A stretch of DNA of 35,594 nt from Phycisphaerales bacterium (GCA_027366115.1 DAHXLH010000215.1:1-35594); one strand, 5' to 3'; positions 1 to 8,839 are shown, counted from the stretch's first letter. Program-made: numbers and translations. The notes: generated by a model not told the origin, from the letters alone.

Positions 1-550
1 GCAAATTGAGGTGGCTTTTGATATTGATGTCAACGGCATTCTCAATGTGAAAGCCAAGGACAAAGCCACCGGCAAGGAAAGCAAGGTGGAAATCAAGGGC
101 CATAGCGGTTTGTCCAAGGATGAAATCGAACGCATGAAGAAGGAAGCGGAGGCTCATTCGGCTGAAGATAAAGCTCGTCGTGAACTTGTTGATTTAAAGA
201 ACCGCGCCGAGGCAGTTACTCTGCAGGTGGAACGTGAATTGCAGGAACACGGCAACAAGATTACACCGCAGGAACGCGGCGATCTTGAATCTGCGGTGAA
301 TCAGTTGAAGGAAGTCACGAAACAGGAAGATAAAGCCGCCATTGAAAAGGCCTTGGAAAACCTGAATCGTGCCCGGATGAAACTAGGCGAAGCGGCCTAC
401 AAGGCCGCCTCCGAAGCCGGGGCAGCGGGTGCTGTGGGCACCGGGGCCGGCGAAGGTCCCACGGCCGGTGGCGCGGCGGCACCCGATGCTGCGGCTGATC
501 AGGGGAAAAAGCCGGACGATGTTATTGATGCGGAATACGAGGTCAAGTAA
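1..550 (+). CDS. dnaK: Molecular chaperone DnaK (Hsp70), C-terminal fragment; the 5' end lies outside the window
   Basis: The frame is open from base 2 to the window edge. The translation [47 protein letters not shown] matches the conserved end of the Hsp70 substrate-binding domain and the helical lid. It is followed by the usual Ala/Gly-rich tail ending [10 protein letters not shown], with stop TAA at 548-550. Confidence 0.95.
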   Translation, partial: QIEVAFDIDVNGILNVKAKDKATGKESKVEIKGHSGLSKDEIERMKKEAEAHSAEDKARRELVDLKNRAEAVTLQVERELQEHGNKITPQERGDLESAVNQLKEVTKQEDKAAIEKALENLNRARMKLGEAAYKAASEAGAAGAVGTGAGEGPTAGGAAAPDAAADQGKKPDDVIDAEYEVK

Positions 551-616
551 CATCGAATGGTCGTTTGCCGCACTGCCGAAAGGCGGGGAAGCAATATAAA
601 CGCCTTAAAAACTCAA

Positions 617-652
617 GGGGCCGAGGACATGTTCTTCGGCCCCTTTTTTTTT
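617..652 (+). terminator. Rho-independent terminator after dnaK, between convergent genes
   Basis: GGGGCCGA (617-624) pairs with TCGGCCCC (636-643), followed by a run of nine T (644-652). It lies between the dnaK stop (550) and the stop of the minus-strand GH2 gene (685). Confidence 0.7.
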
Positions 653-684
653 CGCATTGACTTTATCTGGTGTTATGCAAGGCG

Positions 685-2946
685 TCAGCGATACGTTGCA
701 TGATGCACCGTACGCGGGTCATATACCACCATGCATGCATCCTCGACGTGTCCGTCGCTGTGGCGTCCTATGGCACGGATATGGTTCTGGCCTTCCTTTA
801 GCTCTGTCTCAGGCCAGACAAATACCCCATTGACGCCTTCGCGCGTGCCTAAGGATCGGCCGTTGAGCGACAATTCTACGCTTGGGCAATTCCCATAAAC
901 TTTCAGAACCGCGTGTTTATCCGGGCGGCAATTAAATCGCCGGTCTGTGATATAAACAAAAGGCTCTTTGGTCCATTGGGCTTTGTAAAAATAGTAGGCG
1001 TCCTTGCGGGTTTTCCGGTCGCGCGTCACGAGACCTTTATCAGTTTTGCCGGGATGCTCACCCTCGTGTCGTGTAGACGATGCAAAGTCGAACATGACCC
1101 ATAGAAACGTGCCCCACAGCCACGGACGATCTTTAATGGCCGCCCATGCGTGTTCGTGCAGGAGTGCCTGATATTCTTCGGGATGCCAATACGCTCCGGG
1201 ATTGGGCTGGGTCACATGCGATTCATGTTGGAAAATACTGGCACCGGCTCCATATTCACTCATGCCGATACATCGGCCGGGAGCTTTGGCCTCCACAACT
1301 TTGCGAATGCCGTCCAAAATGGTGGGAAAGTCCGTCATTTTTCCGCCGTACCAACCCGGATAACGGTTGAATGCGATAATATCGGTAATATAGCCGATAT
1401 GGTTGTATTGGGACTGATCATCCCCCGCTGTGGTAGGGCGCGTGGGGTCCAGTTGTTTTGCCTCGGCGTTAATTTTTTTTACAAGATCATAGCCAAGATT
1501 CTGCTGGCCATTATTACCCAGTTCGTTATACATGCTCCAGAAAAAGATGGATGGATGATTAAAATTCTGTTTGATCAGTTCGCGCACCTGCTGGAGCTGA
1601 TTGTTGTCAAATTCCTCGTTATGCGACACGCCGTTAACTAAGCCGTCTTCCGCCCAGACCACAAGGCCCAGTTTGTCCGCGGCTTCATACGATGCCTGCG
1701 CATGTTGATAATGCGCCATGCGCACGCAGGTGGCCCCAATTTCATAAATAAGATCTAGATCCTGGCGATAATCCGCATCGCTCACCGCACGGCCCTTATT
1801 GGGACGGTCCTGATGCGTGCAGACGCCCCGTAACGGATAGGATTTACCATTCAGGAAAAAGCCCTTGTCGGGATCAATATGAAAAAAGCGCAACCCTAAC
1901 GGTTGCGTAATACCGTCGGTTCGTTTGCTGCCGTCAAAAACCTCTACTGCCGCCTGATACAGATACGGATCTTCCCGGCCATTCCAAAGATGGGGATTCG
2001 CCAAAGTGATATTCTGCACGCATCGTACCGTTTGGCCAGCCGGCACACTATGTGCGGCCGAAGCGGTCAGGACCACTTTCCCCGCATGATCGGAGATGCT
2101 GTATCCGACGCCTGCGGTTTTTTCTTCCGAAGATGCGTTGCTTAGCAACGTAGTAATTTCCAGTTCCGCTTTCTCCGGCGTGATATTTACTTGTTTAAAG
2201 TAAACGCCGGGGCCGCCATCGTCCATCGGACTGATACATAAGGTATCGAGCACCAGCAGGCGAACATGACGATATAATCCACCATCCAGATTAAAGTCTC
2301 CGTTCAAAGGAGCAATGTGATCGTTGTAGGCGTTATCCACGCGTACCGCGATGAGGTTTTTTCCCGTGGGGTTGATAAACTTGGTGATGTCCACACAAAA
2401 ACCGGCGAATAGCCCAATGTGGCCGCCGGCGCGATGGCCGTTGCAGTAGACCTCGGTGGTGATGCCGGCCCCTTCAAAATATAGAAAAACCTGTTTGTCC
2501 GCACCTTTGGCGGCTTGCGGCAGTTCCAGTTCCTTGCGATACCAGGCCGGGCCACGGTAATACGGTGCGCCGGTTTGCGCATCCAGGCCGTTATAGGTGT
2601 GCGGCAGTTCCACGCTCGTCCATGAAGCGTCATTTAAATCGGGTTCTTGTGCACCGGGCAAACCATGCTTAAGGAACTTCCACGCCTGATCAATACGCAT
2701 ATCCGTCCGGGCAGGCGTTGAATCGCCCGTCCGGCCGGCCAGGGCAGCAGGTCCCGCGGAATTCATGCCGTTGGTACTACATCCGGCCAAGCCACTGGTT
2801 GCCGCCAGGGCCAAAGCGCCGAATTTTATGACATCGCGCCGTGAGGGCATAAGCGTATCCTGGGCTGGATGTGATTGTTGCACCGTTGGCCCCTGTTTTT
2901 CGACTACGGCTGGGCTTGCTGCTGTACGTGATGGATGCTGGGTCAT
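685..2946 (-). CDS. Glycoside hydrolase family 2 (beta-galactosidase/beta-glucuronidase-like), Tat-signal lipoprotein
   Basis: 753-aa ORF. The N-terminus carries a twin-arginine motif SRRDVIKFGALALAA and a lipobox LAGC. GH2-type motifs are present: NAYNDHIAPLNGDFNLDGGLYRHVRLL in the sugar-binding/Ig region, WSMYNELG (acid/base NE) and MSEYGAGA (nucleophile EYG). ATG 2946 is preceded by AAGGTGGA; an alternative ATG at 2850 (MPSRRDV) is preceded by AGGA. Confidence 0.85.
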   Translation of the reverse strand: MTQHPSRTAASPAVVEKQGPTVQQSHPAQDTLMPSRRDVIKFGALALAATSGLAGCSTNGMNSAGPAALAGRTGDSTPARTDMRIDQAWKFLKHGLPGAQEPDLNDASWTSVELPHTYNGLDAQTGAPYYRGPAWYRKELELPQAAKGADKQVFLYFEGAGITTEVYCNGHRAGGHIGLFAGFCVDITKFINPTGKNLIAVRVDNAYNDHIAPLNGDFNLDGGLYRHVRLLVLDTLCISPMDDGGPGVYFKQVNITPEKAELEITTLLSNASSEEKTAGVGYSISDHAGKVVLTASAAHSVPAGQTVRCVQNITLANPHLWNGREDPYLYQAAVEVFDGSKRTDGITQPLGLRFFHIDPDKGFFLNGKSYPLRGVCTHQDRPNKGRAVSDADYRQDLDLIYEIGATCVRMAHYQHAQASYEAADKLGLVVWAEDGLVNGVSHNEEFDNNQLQQVRELIKQNFNHPSIFFWSMYNELGNNGQQNLGYDLVKKINAEAKQLDPTRPTTAGDDQSQYNHIGYITDIIAFNRYPGWYGGKMTDFPTILDGIRKVVEAKAPGRCIGMSEYGAGASIFQHESHVTQPNPGAYWHPEEYQALLHEHAWAAIKDRPWLWGTFLWVMFDFASSTRHEGEHPGKTDKGLVTRDRKTRKDAYYFYKAQWTKEPFVYITDRRFNCRPDKHAVLKVYGNCPSVELSLNGRSLGTREGVNGVFVWPETELKEGQNHIRAIGRHSDGHVEDACMVVYDPRTVHHATYR

Positions 2947-2984
2947 GTTTCCACCTTTCAGTTAGGACCGGCTTGGAAAAGCGA

Positions 2985-3013
2985 ATCATAATCAGCGCGA
3001 TGCATTTGTTCAA
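2985..3013 (-). promoter_or_regulatory. Candidate sigma-70 promoter for the GH2 gene
   Basis: On the minus strand, TTGAAC (3013-3008), an exactly 17-nt spacer and TATGAT (2990-2985) lie about 40 nt upstream of ATG 2946. This is pattern match only. Confidence 0.35.
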
Positions 3014-3051
3014 AGCGGAGGGAATATTTTTATGGGCCCCGTGCAACTGTT

Positions 3052-3528
3052 TTATCGTGCAGTGCGGCGGCCCGGACGCTTGGTGCCGCTGGTCGGCGGT
3101 TGACACAATGTCATCGGCTGATGTTTAGATTTTGATTCCATCAGATCGGCGATGGTGGAATTGCGCAGAATTGTTTCGATGCCGTTGATGGCCTCATCCA
3201 GCCTGCTATGCAGCGGGCATAGGTGCTTGCCGTGCGCCATCAGGGCCAGCGGACAGCTTTCAATGCGGCGTATGGGATCGACACACTGTACGACGTCATA
3301 AAGGGTCAGTATTTCCGGATCTTTCGCCAGCACCGTGCCGCCATGGAGGCCGCGCTGGGATTTGACCATTCCGGAGCGGGAAAGTGTCTGCAGCACCTTG
3401 GCGAGGTAGCCTTGCGGCACCAGCGTGCCGGCGGAAATATGCCGATTGGTGACTGGCCGGCCGTTGGAGCCTGCCAGAAATACAATGACTCGCAGGGCGT
3501 ATTCGCTGGTTTGAGAAAACATAATCAC
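3052..3528 (-). CDS. Rrf2-family transcriptional regulator (IscR/NsrR-like winged helix)
   Basis: The N-terminus MFSQTSEYALRVIVFLA...YLAKVLQTLSRSGMVKSQRGLHGG is the typical Rrf2 wHTH. The C-terminal part carries Cys82, Cys92, Cys104 and His107. The ORF starts at GTG 3528; ATG 3522 is an alternative start. It is divergent from cydAB. Confidence 0.85.
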   Translation of the reverse strand: MIMFSQTSEYALRVIVFLAGSNGRPVTNRHISAGTLVPQGYLAKVLQTLSRSGMVKSQRGLHGGTVLAKDPEILTLYDVVQCVDPIRRIESCPLALMAHGKHLCPLHSRLDEAINGIETILRNSTIADLMESKSKHQPMTLCQPPTSGTKRPGRRTAR

Positions 3529-3555
3529 CTGAGCTATAAGTTTGACATCTCAATC

Positions 3556-3584
3556 TTGAAGTCCGATTTTACTAATCCTATACT
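3556..3584 (+). promoter_or_regulatory. Candidate sigma-70 promoter for cydAB
   Basis: TTGAAG (3556-3561), a 17-nt spacer and TATACT (3579-3584) lie about 87 nt upstream of the cydA ATG. This is pattern match only. Confidence 0.45.
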
Positions 3585-3605
3585 ATTGGTCAAGGCGGCA
3601 AGATG

Positions 3606-3670
3606 GTAATACTGCGGGTGCCACGGTATTAGAATCATGCTGTCCCTAAGTTGGGCCCGGAGTAATACTG
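3606..3670 (+). promoter_or_regulatory. Candidate operator motifs in the cydA leader
   Basis: GTAATACTG occurs twice, at 3606-3614 and at 3662-3670; the second copy sits between the GGAG RBS and the cydA ATG. The first copy forms an imperfect palindrome TAATACtG-N9-CgGTATTA (3608-3631). Confidence 0.25.
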
Positions 3671-5050
3671 ATGAATACCCTGATGCTGTCACGCATTCAG
3701 TTTGGCTTGACCATCTCGTTTCACTATATATTTCCGATGCTGAGCATCGGCCTGAGCGTCATGATGGTGGTCATGGAAGGGATGTACCTTAAAACCCGCG
3801 ACAAAAAGTGGGAACAGATGACGCGATTCTGGACCGGCATATTTGCTCTGGCATTTGGCATTGGCGTCGCTACCGGAATTGTCATGGAATTCGAATTTGG
3901 CACCAACTGGGCGAATTATTCCCGGTTTGTAGGAGATGTATTCGGCGCGCCGCTGGCTGCGGAAGGAATTTTTGCCTTTTTTCTGGAATCGGGATTTCTT
4001 TCCATTCTGCTGTTCGGCTGGGACCGTGTGAAACCGAAGATGCACTTTTTCGCCACGGTCATGGTGTGTTTTGGCTCCATTTTCAGCGCAGTATGGATCA
4101 ACGTGGCCAATTCCTGGATGCAGACGCCCGCGGGCTTTGCCCTGCTAAAAAATGCCCAGGGTAAAGTCATTGGTGCCAAGATGATTAACTTCTGGCAGGT
4201 GGTGCTGAATCCTTCGACCATCGACCGTCTTGAACATGTGCTTACCGGGGCGTTTCTGTGCGGGGCTTTTCTGGTGATGAGTGTGGCCGCCTGGTATTTA
4301 CTGAAAAATCGTCATCTTCAGATCGCCCGCTCCTGCATGAAACTGGGTTTAATAGTTGCGATTGTCTGTTCGCTTTTGCAGTTGCTTACCGGAGATTTTA
4401 ATGCCCGCATGATCGCGAAATACCAGCCGGCGAAACTGGCGGCCTTTGAAGGGGCATTTCCCGCGGATGCGCCGGAGGGACTGGGAATTGTGGGTTGGGT
4501 GAATCAGTCACGGCAAAAGGTCTACGGCCTGAAAATCCCAGGCATGTTAAGTTGGCTGCTTTACGGCAGCACCACGCACGGCGTGGAAGGTCTTGATGCG
4601 TTCCCCGCAAAAAACTGGCCGCCTGTTAACCCGGTTTTTCAATCGTATCATTTGATGGTGGCTCTGGGAATGTTCCTGATCGGTATCAGTTTTCTAGGGG
4701 CATTTTTCTGGTGGCGTGATAGTCTCTGGACCAAGCGATGGCTTTTGTGGATATTCGTCTTTTCCGTTGTCGCGCCCTTGGCCGCCAATGAACTTGGCTG
4801 GTTCTCTGCCGAGGTCGGGCGTCAGCCCTGGATCGTCTATGGAATTCTGCGGACCAGTCAGGGCGTTTCACCCGGTTTGCCGGCCGGTGATGTGCTGGGC
4901 AGTATCATCATGTTCGGCATTTTGTATGCGTTGCTTTTCGCCTTGTTTGTCTTCATGCTGAACCGGAAAATTCAGCATGGTCCGGACGACACCCCGCTGC
5001 ATCTGTCAGACGGGCAGCCATTGCCGCAGCATGGTCGGATGGATGCGTAA
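3671..5050 (+). CDS. cydA: Cytochrome bd ubiquinol oxidase subunit I (short Q-loop type)
   Basis: 459-aa polytopic membrane protein. The N-terminus LSRIQFGLTISFHYIFPMLSIGL and the conserved GWFSAEVGRQPWIVYGILRT motif are typical of CydA. GGAG lies 9 nt upstream of the ATG. Confidence 0.95.
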   Translation: MNTLMLSRIQFGLTISFHYIFPMLSIGLSVMMVVMEGMYLKTRDKKWEQMTRFWTGIFALAFGIGVATGIVMEFEFGTNWANYSRFVGDVFGAPLAAEGIFAFFLESGFLSILLFGWDRVKPKMHFFATVMVCFGSIFSAVWINVANSWMQTPAGFALLKNAQGKVIGAKMINFWQVVLNPSTIDRLEHVLTGAFLCGAFLVMSVAAWYLLKNRHLQIARSCMKLGLIVAIVCSLLQLLTGDFNARMIAKYQPAKLAAFEGAFPADAPEGLGIVGWVNQSRQKVYGLKIPGMLSWLLYGSTTHGVEGLDAFPAKNWPPVNPVFQSYHLMVALGMFLIGISFLGAFFWWRDSLWTKRWLLWIFVFSVVAPLAANELGWFSAEVGRQPWIVYGILRTSQGVSPGLPAGDVLGSIIMFGILYALLFALFVFMLNRKIQHGPDDTPLHLSDGQPLPQHGRMDA

Positions 5051-5098
5051 GCCTTGCTTTAACAACTTGTGGAATTCCGTTTTCCGATAGGATTTATT

Positions 5099-6115
5099 AT
5101 GGTTCTGCAAATCACATGGTTTATTCTTCTCGGCGTGCTGTTTACGGGATATGCGATTCTGGACGGATTTGATTTCGGCGTAGGAATGCTGCACCTGCTG
5201 GTTAAAGACGATCAGGACCGCCGCCTCCTGCTTAACAGCATCGGACCAGTGTGGGATGGCAATGAAGTGTGGCTGGTTACCGGGGGCGGGGCAATGTTCG
5301 CGGCGTTTAAGGATATGTATGCCACCGTGTTCTCCGGTTTTTATCTCGTGTTTATGATGCTGTTAATGGCGCTGATCTTCCGGGCGGTGTCAATTGAGTT
5401 TCGCAGTAAGGAGCCGATGCGCTGGTGGCGGAGCTTTTGGGACGGCTGTTTTTTTCTCGGCAGCCTGTTGGCCGCGCTGCTGTTGGGAGCATTTGTCGGG
5501 AACATCGCGCGTGGAGTGCCGCTCAATGCCGCCGGAACGTTTGCTGGAAATTTTCTCACGCTCCTGAATCCGTACGCCCTGATGATTGCGGTAACGACTG
5601 TAGCGCTGTTTCTTATGCACGGATCAATTTACCTGGTCATGAAGACGGAAGGGGCCTTGCATGATCGCGTGCGTCTGTGGGTGAATAATTCAATTATTTT
5701 CTTTATTATGTGCGCCATTTCCACCACCATGGTGACCCTGATTTATTACCCGCGCCTGGCTGATCCGTTTCGTGCCCACCCGGCGTGGTTTATTGTGCCG
5801 TTACTGATGATGCTGGCAGTTGCCAATATACCTCGAGAAATTTCACTGAAAAAAGATTTTTTGGCCTTTATCTCCAGTTCCGCGGCCATTGCACTGCTTT
5901 TGGCAACCCTATCGATTGGTCTGTTTCCGAATTTGCTCTACGCCACCAACAAACCAGCCTATAGTCTCACCATTTATTCCGCCTCTTCTTCCCAATATAC
6001 ATTGCGTATTATGCTGATTATTGCGATTATCGGCATGCCGATTGTTATCACGTACACGGCCTACGTGTATTGGATATTCCGCCACAAAACCAAATTGGAC
6101 GCGCACAGCTACTGA
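5099..6115 (+). CDS. cydB: Cytochrome bd ubiquinol oxidase subunit II
   Basis: MVLQITWFILLGVLFTGYAILDGFDFGVGMLH is the typical CydB N-terminus, and the protein is polytopic. The ORF is open from GTG 5069, but ATG 5099 is preceded by TAGGA at 6-nt spacing. It immediately follows cydA. Confidence 0.92.
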   Translation: MVLQITWFILLGVLFTGYAILDGFDFGVGMLHLLVKDDQDRRLLLNSIGPVWDGNEVWLVTGGGAMFAAFKDMYATVFSGFYLVFMMLLMALIFRAVSIEFRSKEPMRWWRSFWDGCFFLGSLLAALLLGAFVGNIARGVPLNAAGTFAGNFLTLLNPYALMIAVTTVALFLMHGSIYLVMKTEGALHDRVRLWVNNSIIFFIMCAISTTMVTLIYYPRLADPFRAHPAWFIVPLLMMLAVANIPREISLKKDFLAFISSSAAIALLLATLSIGLFPNLLYATNKPAYSLTIYSASSSQYTLRIMLIIAIIGMPIVITYTAYVYWIFRHKTKLDAHSY

Positions 6116-6128
6116 GCTAACGACCCGC

Positions 6129-6150
6129 ACGCATGAATTCGTGCGTTTTT
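6129..6150 (+). terminator. Candidate rho-independent terminator after cydB
   Basis: ACGCAT (6129-6134) and GTGCGT (6141-6146) pair around the GAATTC centre, followed by TTTT (6147-6150). A second hairpin, GACAGTT-gtgta-AACTGTC (6215-6233), followed after 3 nt by TTTTT (6237-6241), lies downstream. Confidence 0.5.
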
Positions 6151-6269
6151 GTGCTTGATTTTCGTGTTTCGGAGGTGAATAATCAGTGAGTAGTGGTGTG
6201 ATACACTCAAGTGCGACAGTTGTGTAAACTGTCCGCTTTTTCGAGCCATCTATTTTCAGGAGTCTTATT

Positions 6270-6599
6270 ATGACTGATATACTTACAACCCTGCCAAACA
6301 ATGATGATGTCACCACCCCAAGCGCTCACGCTGAGACACTGAGAAAAAAATACGTGGTGGCGAAAACCGCAGTGGCTGATCTGGCCGGCGAGGTCAGTAA
6401 GACCGCGAAAGATCAGGTTGGCGATATAAAATCCCAAGCCTCTGACTGGGTCCATGACAAAGCCAGTCTGCTGAAGGAACAGGCGGCGGATTCGCAGGCC
6501 GCGATGATTACTCTGGTCCGGCGTAATCCGGTAAAGGCGGTAGCCATTGCCGCGGGGGCTGGCTTGCTGTTGGGATTGTTGCTCCGCCGGCGCGATTAA
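6270..6599 (+). CDS. DUF883 (YqjD/ElaB/YgaM-like) tail-anchored membrane protein
   Basis: 109 aa with an AGGAG RBS. A soluble helical N-terminal part is followed by the family-typical C-terminal anchor RRNPVKAVAIAAGAGLLLGLLLRRRD. Confidence 0.8.
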   Translation: MTDILTTLPNNDDVTTPSAHAETLRKKYVVAKTAVADLAGEVSKTAKDQVGDIKSQASDWVHDKASLLKEQAADSQAAMITLVRRNPVKAVAIAAGAGLLLGLLLRRRD

Positions 6600-6680
6600 C
6601 CTTGCAACAAGCTCCCGAATAGTACGGTATACTGCCATCAGGCACGCGGGCGAGTTGGGTTACCTTTAGGAGTTGCTGTC

Positions 6681-7091
6681 ATGGCTGTGAATACCGCGGA
6701 AGATCACACGACAGAGCCTGTGCAGCCGTCGGCTGCGGGCGTTGGGACAGCCTACGGCAGCCGGATCCTTCGCGCATTCCTGGATGTTATAGAACTTGAA
6801 GCGCAGATTATTACTCTGAAGCTCTTGGCGGCTATGCGCGATGCCGCGGTGCGGGCATGTCTCGTGGCGGCGGGAATTATGCTGGCCGCTGCGGGATTGG
6901 TTTTTATGGAAATTGCCGTATTCCAGACAATCGAGCGGCTCATCCCGACAGTCTGGGTATTTTTTGTTTTTGCCGTCACGCATCTGGTGCTGGCCGGAGG
7001 GGCGGTTTATCTGGCTTCCCGTCCGATGAAATCAGGGCATAGCGGCATCGCCGATAGGTCCAACCCATCGGATAAAATTGGAGGCTCCTGA
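6681..7091 (+). CDS. YqjE-like / phage-holin-family (DUF1469-like) membrane protein
   Basis: 136 aa with an AGGAG RBS and two clear hydrophobic helices (ACLVAAGIMLAAAGLVFMEIAVF and VWVFFVFAVTHLVLAGGAVYL). Its position directly after a DUF883 gene matches the E. coli yqjD-yqjE order. Confidence 0.6.
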   Translation: MAVNTAEDHTTEPVQPSAAGVGTAYGSRILRAFLDVIELEAQIITLKLLAAMRDAAVRACLVAAGIMLAAAGLVFMEIAVFQTIERLIPTVWVFFVFAVTHLVLAGGAVYLASRPMKSGHSGIADRSNPSDKIGGS

Positions 7092-7093
7092 TC

Positions 7094-7591
7094 ATGAGTA
7101 TTGATGGCAAGTTAGCTGAGTTGGAGCAGCGCCGCAATGCGGTGCTTCAGGAAATCGGCGACGACGCCGCGCATCTCTCGGAATACTTAAAAAAACAATA
7201 TTCCCCGGTGAGCGTATTACGACGGCACATCGGACCGGCCATCGGTATTGCCGCCACTTTGGGTACACTGGCCGCCGGTATCAAATCGCCCCGCTGGGGG
7301 TTCATGCGGCTGATTGGGTCTCAATTATTTAATCGCCATGCGAATCATGCACATGGAAACCAATCTTCCGGCGGAGCGGTGCCACGTCAGTCTTCGGCGG
7401 GTGCCGCACCGGTGGCCCACGCGGCGAGGGACGCACGGGATTCGCATCGTGCCGGGTTGCGGGATATGGCCGAGCCGATCATCACCAATATTCTCCTGGA
7501 TGTGGCGCAGTTGATTCCCTGGAGCAGCTTAATACAGCGCGCCAGGGAAAAGCCGAAAAGCCGTGATGGGCGGACCGATCACGCCGATTGA
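7094..7591 (+). CDS. Hypothetical membrane protein, YqjK-like by position and architecture
   Basis: 165 aa. The ATG lies 2 nt after the upstream stop, with GGAGG 10 nt upstream. An N-terminal coiled-coil-like segment (KLAELEQRRNAVLQEI) is followed by one TM helix (IGPAIGIAATLGTLAAGI). No family motif was recognised. Confidence 0.5.
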   Translation: MSIDGKLAELEQRRNAVLQEIGDDAAHLSEYLKKQYSPVSVLRRHIGPAIGIAATLGTLAAGIKSPRWGFMRLIGSQLFNRHANHAHGNQSSGGAVPRQSSAGAAPVAHAARDARDSHRAGLRDMAEPIITNILLDVAQLIPWSSLIQRAREKPKSRDGRTDHAD

Positions 7592-7703
7592 TTTCTATCG
7601 TAAGTATCCACAAAAAACCTTGGCGGGGGAAGCATTGGCGAGACAGCGGGTTAATAAGCGTATAGAATCCCCGTCGTTGAAGGCGTGACGGAAAAATTCA
7701 GGT

Positions 7704-8756
7704 ATGAATGAAAAATTGCGAAATACGATTGTCGGATTGACCATTATCGGGGCATTAGTTCTTATTACGTGGGGTGCATTTTTGCTCGGTCGCGTGCCGG
7801 GTTTTGGGCCTAACGCGCCCTATGATGTCACGCTGCTTGCGCCCAGTGCGGATGGTCTGGTGTATGGGGATCTCGTATCCTTTAACGGCGTTACCGTGGG
7901 TACGGTTCAGAGCGTGGCTTTAACGCCGGATATGCAAACAGCGACCATTATTATCGGTATATACCGCACCGTTCATTTGCCGGACAATACTGTAGCCCAG
8001 ATCGGTTCTAAAACCATCGGCGCTGCATACGTCTCGCTCTACGTTTCCGGAAGGGCCGATACTAAAATGCTCCCGATGGACGGCAGTGCACAACTGAAAG
8101 CCAAAGTGGCATCTTCGAGCCTGATTCCAAGTTCCGTGGTGAAAGATTTCTCTTCGTTGAAATCACAGTTTGGGGTGCTTAGCAGCAAACTGGACCGCGT
8201 TGCCGACGATCTGCACGCCCTGCTTAAACCAGTTGCGCTAACCAAAGCGCAGGCAGATGGTTCGCAAGCCAATACGTCAGATATGAATAATATCAGTGCT
8301 TTAATTCAACGATTGAACGTTACGGTTAATTCAATCAACGCCTTGGTCGGCAGCGGGAAGCTCCGCGGTCAAGTGCGGGAAATTCTGGCTAATGTTGCAG
8401 TCTCTTCCAGCGAGTTAAAGGGCGTTCTCAAGCAATTGTCCTCAACCGTAGCCGGCTTTAACGGGGTTATCGCCAAGGCTGGCACGACGGCCACCGATAT
8501 CGATACCGTGGCGAAAACCGCCCAGCAAAAGATTATTGTGTTAAGTGTTAAGCTCACAGACGTGCTGTCAAATGTGAATGCGATCACCGAATCCATTGCG
8601 CAGGGGCACGGCACAGCGGGGCGACTGGTGAAAGACCCCCGTCTGTATAATTCGCTGCTGCAACTCACGCGCCGCATTAAAGGAACAGTGGATAGTCTCC
8701 ATGGCTTGGTAAAGCAAATTAAAGCCGAAGGGTTTGATATGAAAGTTGGATTCTGA
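7704..8756 (+). CDS. MlaD/MCE-domain protein with a long helical C-terminal extension
   Basis: 350 aa. An N-terminal TM anchor (IVGLTIIGALVLITWGAFLL) is followed by an MCE-like beta-barrel region (YDVTLLAPSADGLVYGDLVSFNGVTVGTVQSV...). A roughly 200-aa Ala/Ser/Leu/Val-rich helical region comes next. The protein ends with the family-typical GHGTAGRLVKDPRLYNSLLQL. Confidence 0.8.
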   Translation: MNEKLRNTIVGLTIIGALVLITWGAFLLGRVPGFGPNAPYDVTLLAPSADGLVYGDLVSFNGVTVGTVQSVALTPDMQTATIIIGIYRTVHLPDNTVAQIGSKTIGAAYVSLYVSGRADTKMLPMDGSAQLKAKVASSSLIPSSVVKDFSSLKSQFGVLSSKLDRVADDLHALLKPVALTKAQADGSQANTSDMNNISALIQRLNVTVNSINALVGSGKLRGQVREILANVAVSSSELKGVLKQLSSTVAGFNGVIAKAGTTATDIDTVAKTAQQKIIVLSVKLTDVLSNVNAITESIAQGHGTAGRLVKDPRLYNSLLQLTRRIKGTVDSLHGLVKQIKAEGFDMKVGF

Positions 8757-8839
8757 TTCGCGCTGACAGGAAAAAAATCCTCGGACGGGCCGCTATCCAG
8801 ACAGCCCGCCGTTGCCACGTGAACTCTTGAAGGGCGCGT

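Noticed and set aside
1150-1641. 163-aa plus-strand ORF, together with neighbouring short plus-strand ORFs at 913-1370
   Set aside because: It is antisense to the catalytic domain of the GH2 gene, and its translation has no recognisable features.
6133-6189. 18-codon ORF (MNSCVFVLDFRVSEVNNQ) just after cydB, considered as a cydX-like small subunit
   Set aside because: It has no Shine-Dalgarno sequence and overlaps the terminator hairpin. It lacks the hydrophobic single-TM character and the conserved N-terminal Trp/Tyr pattern of CydX/CydS-type peptides.
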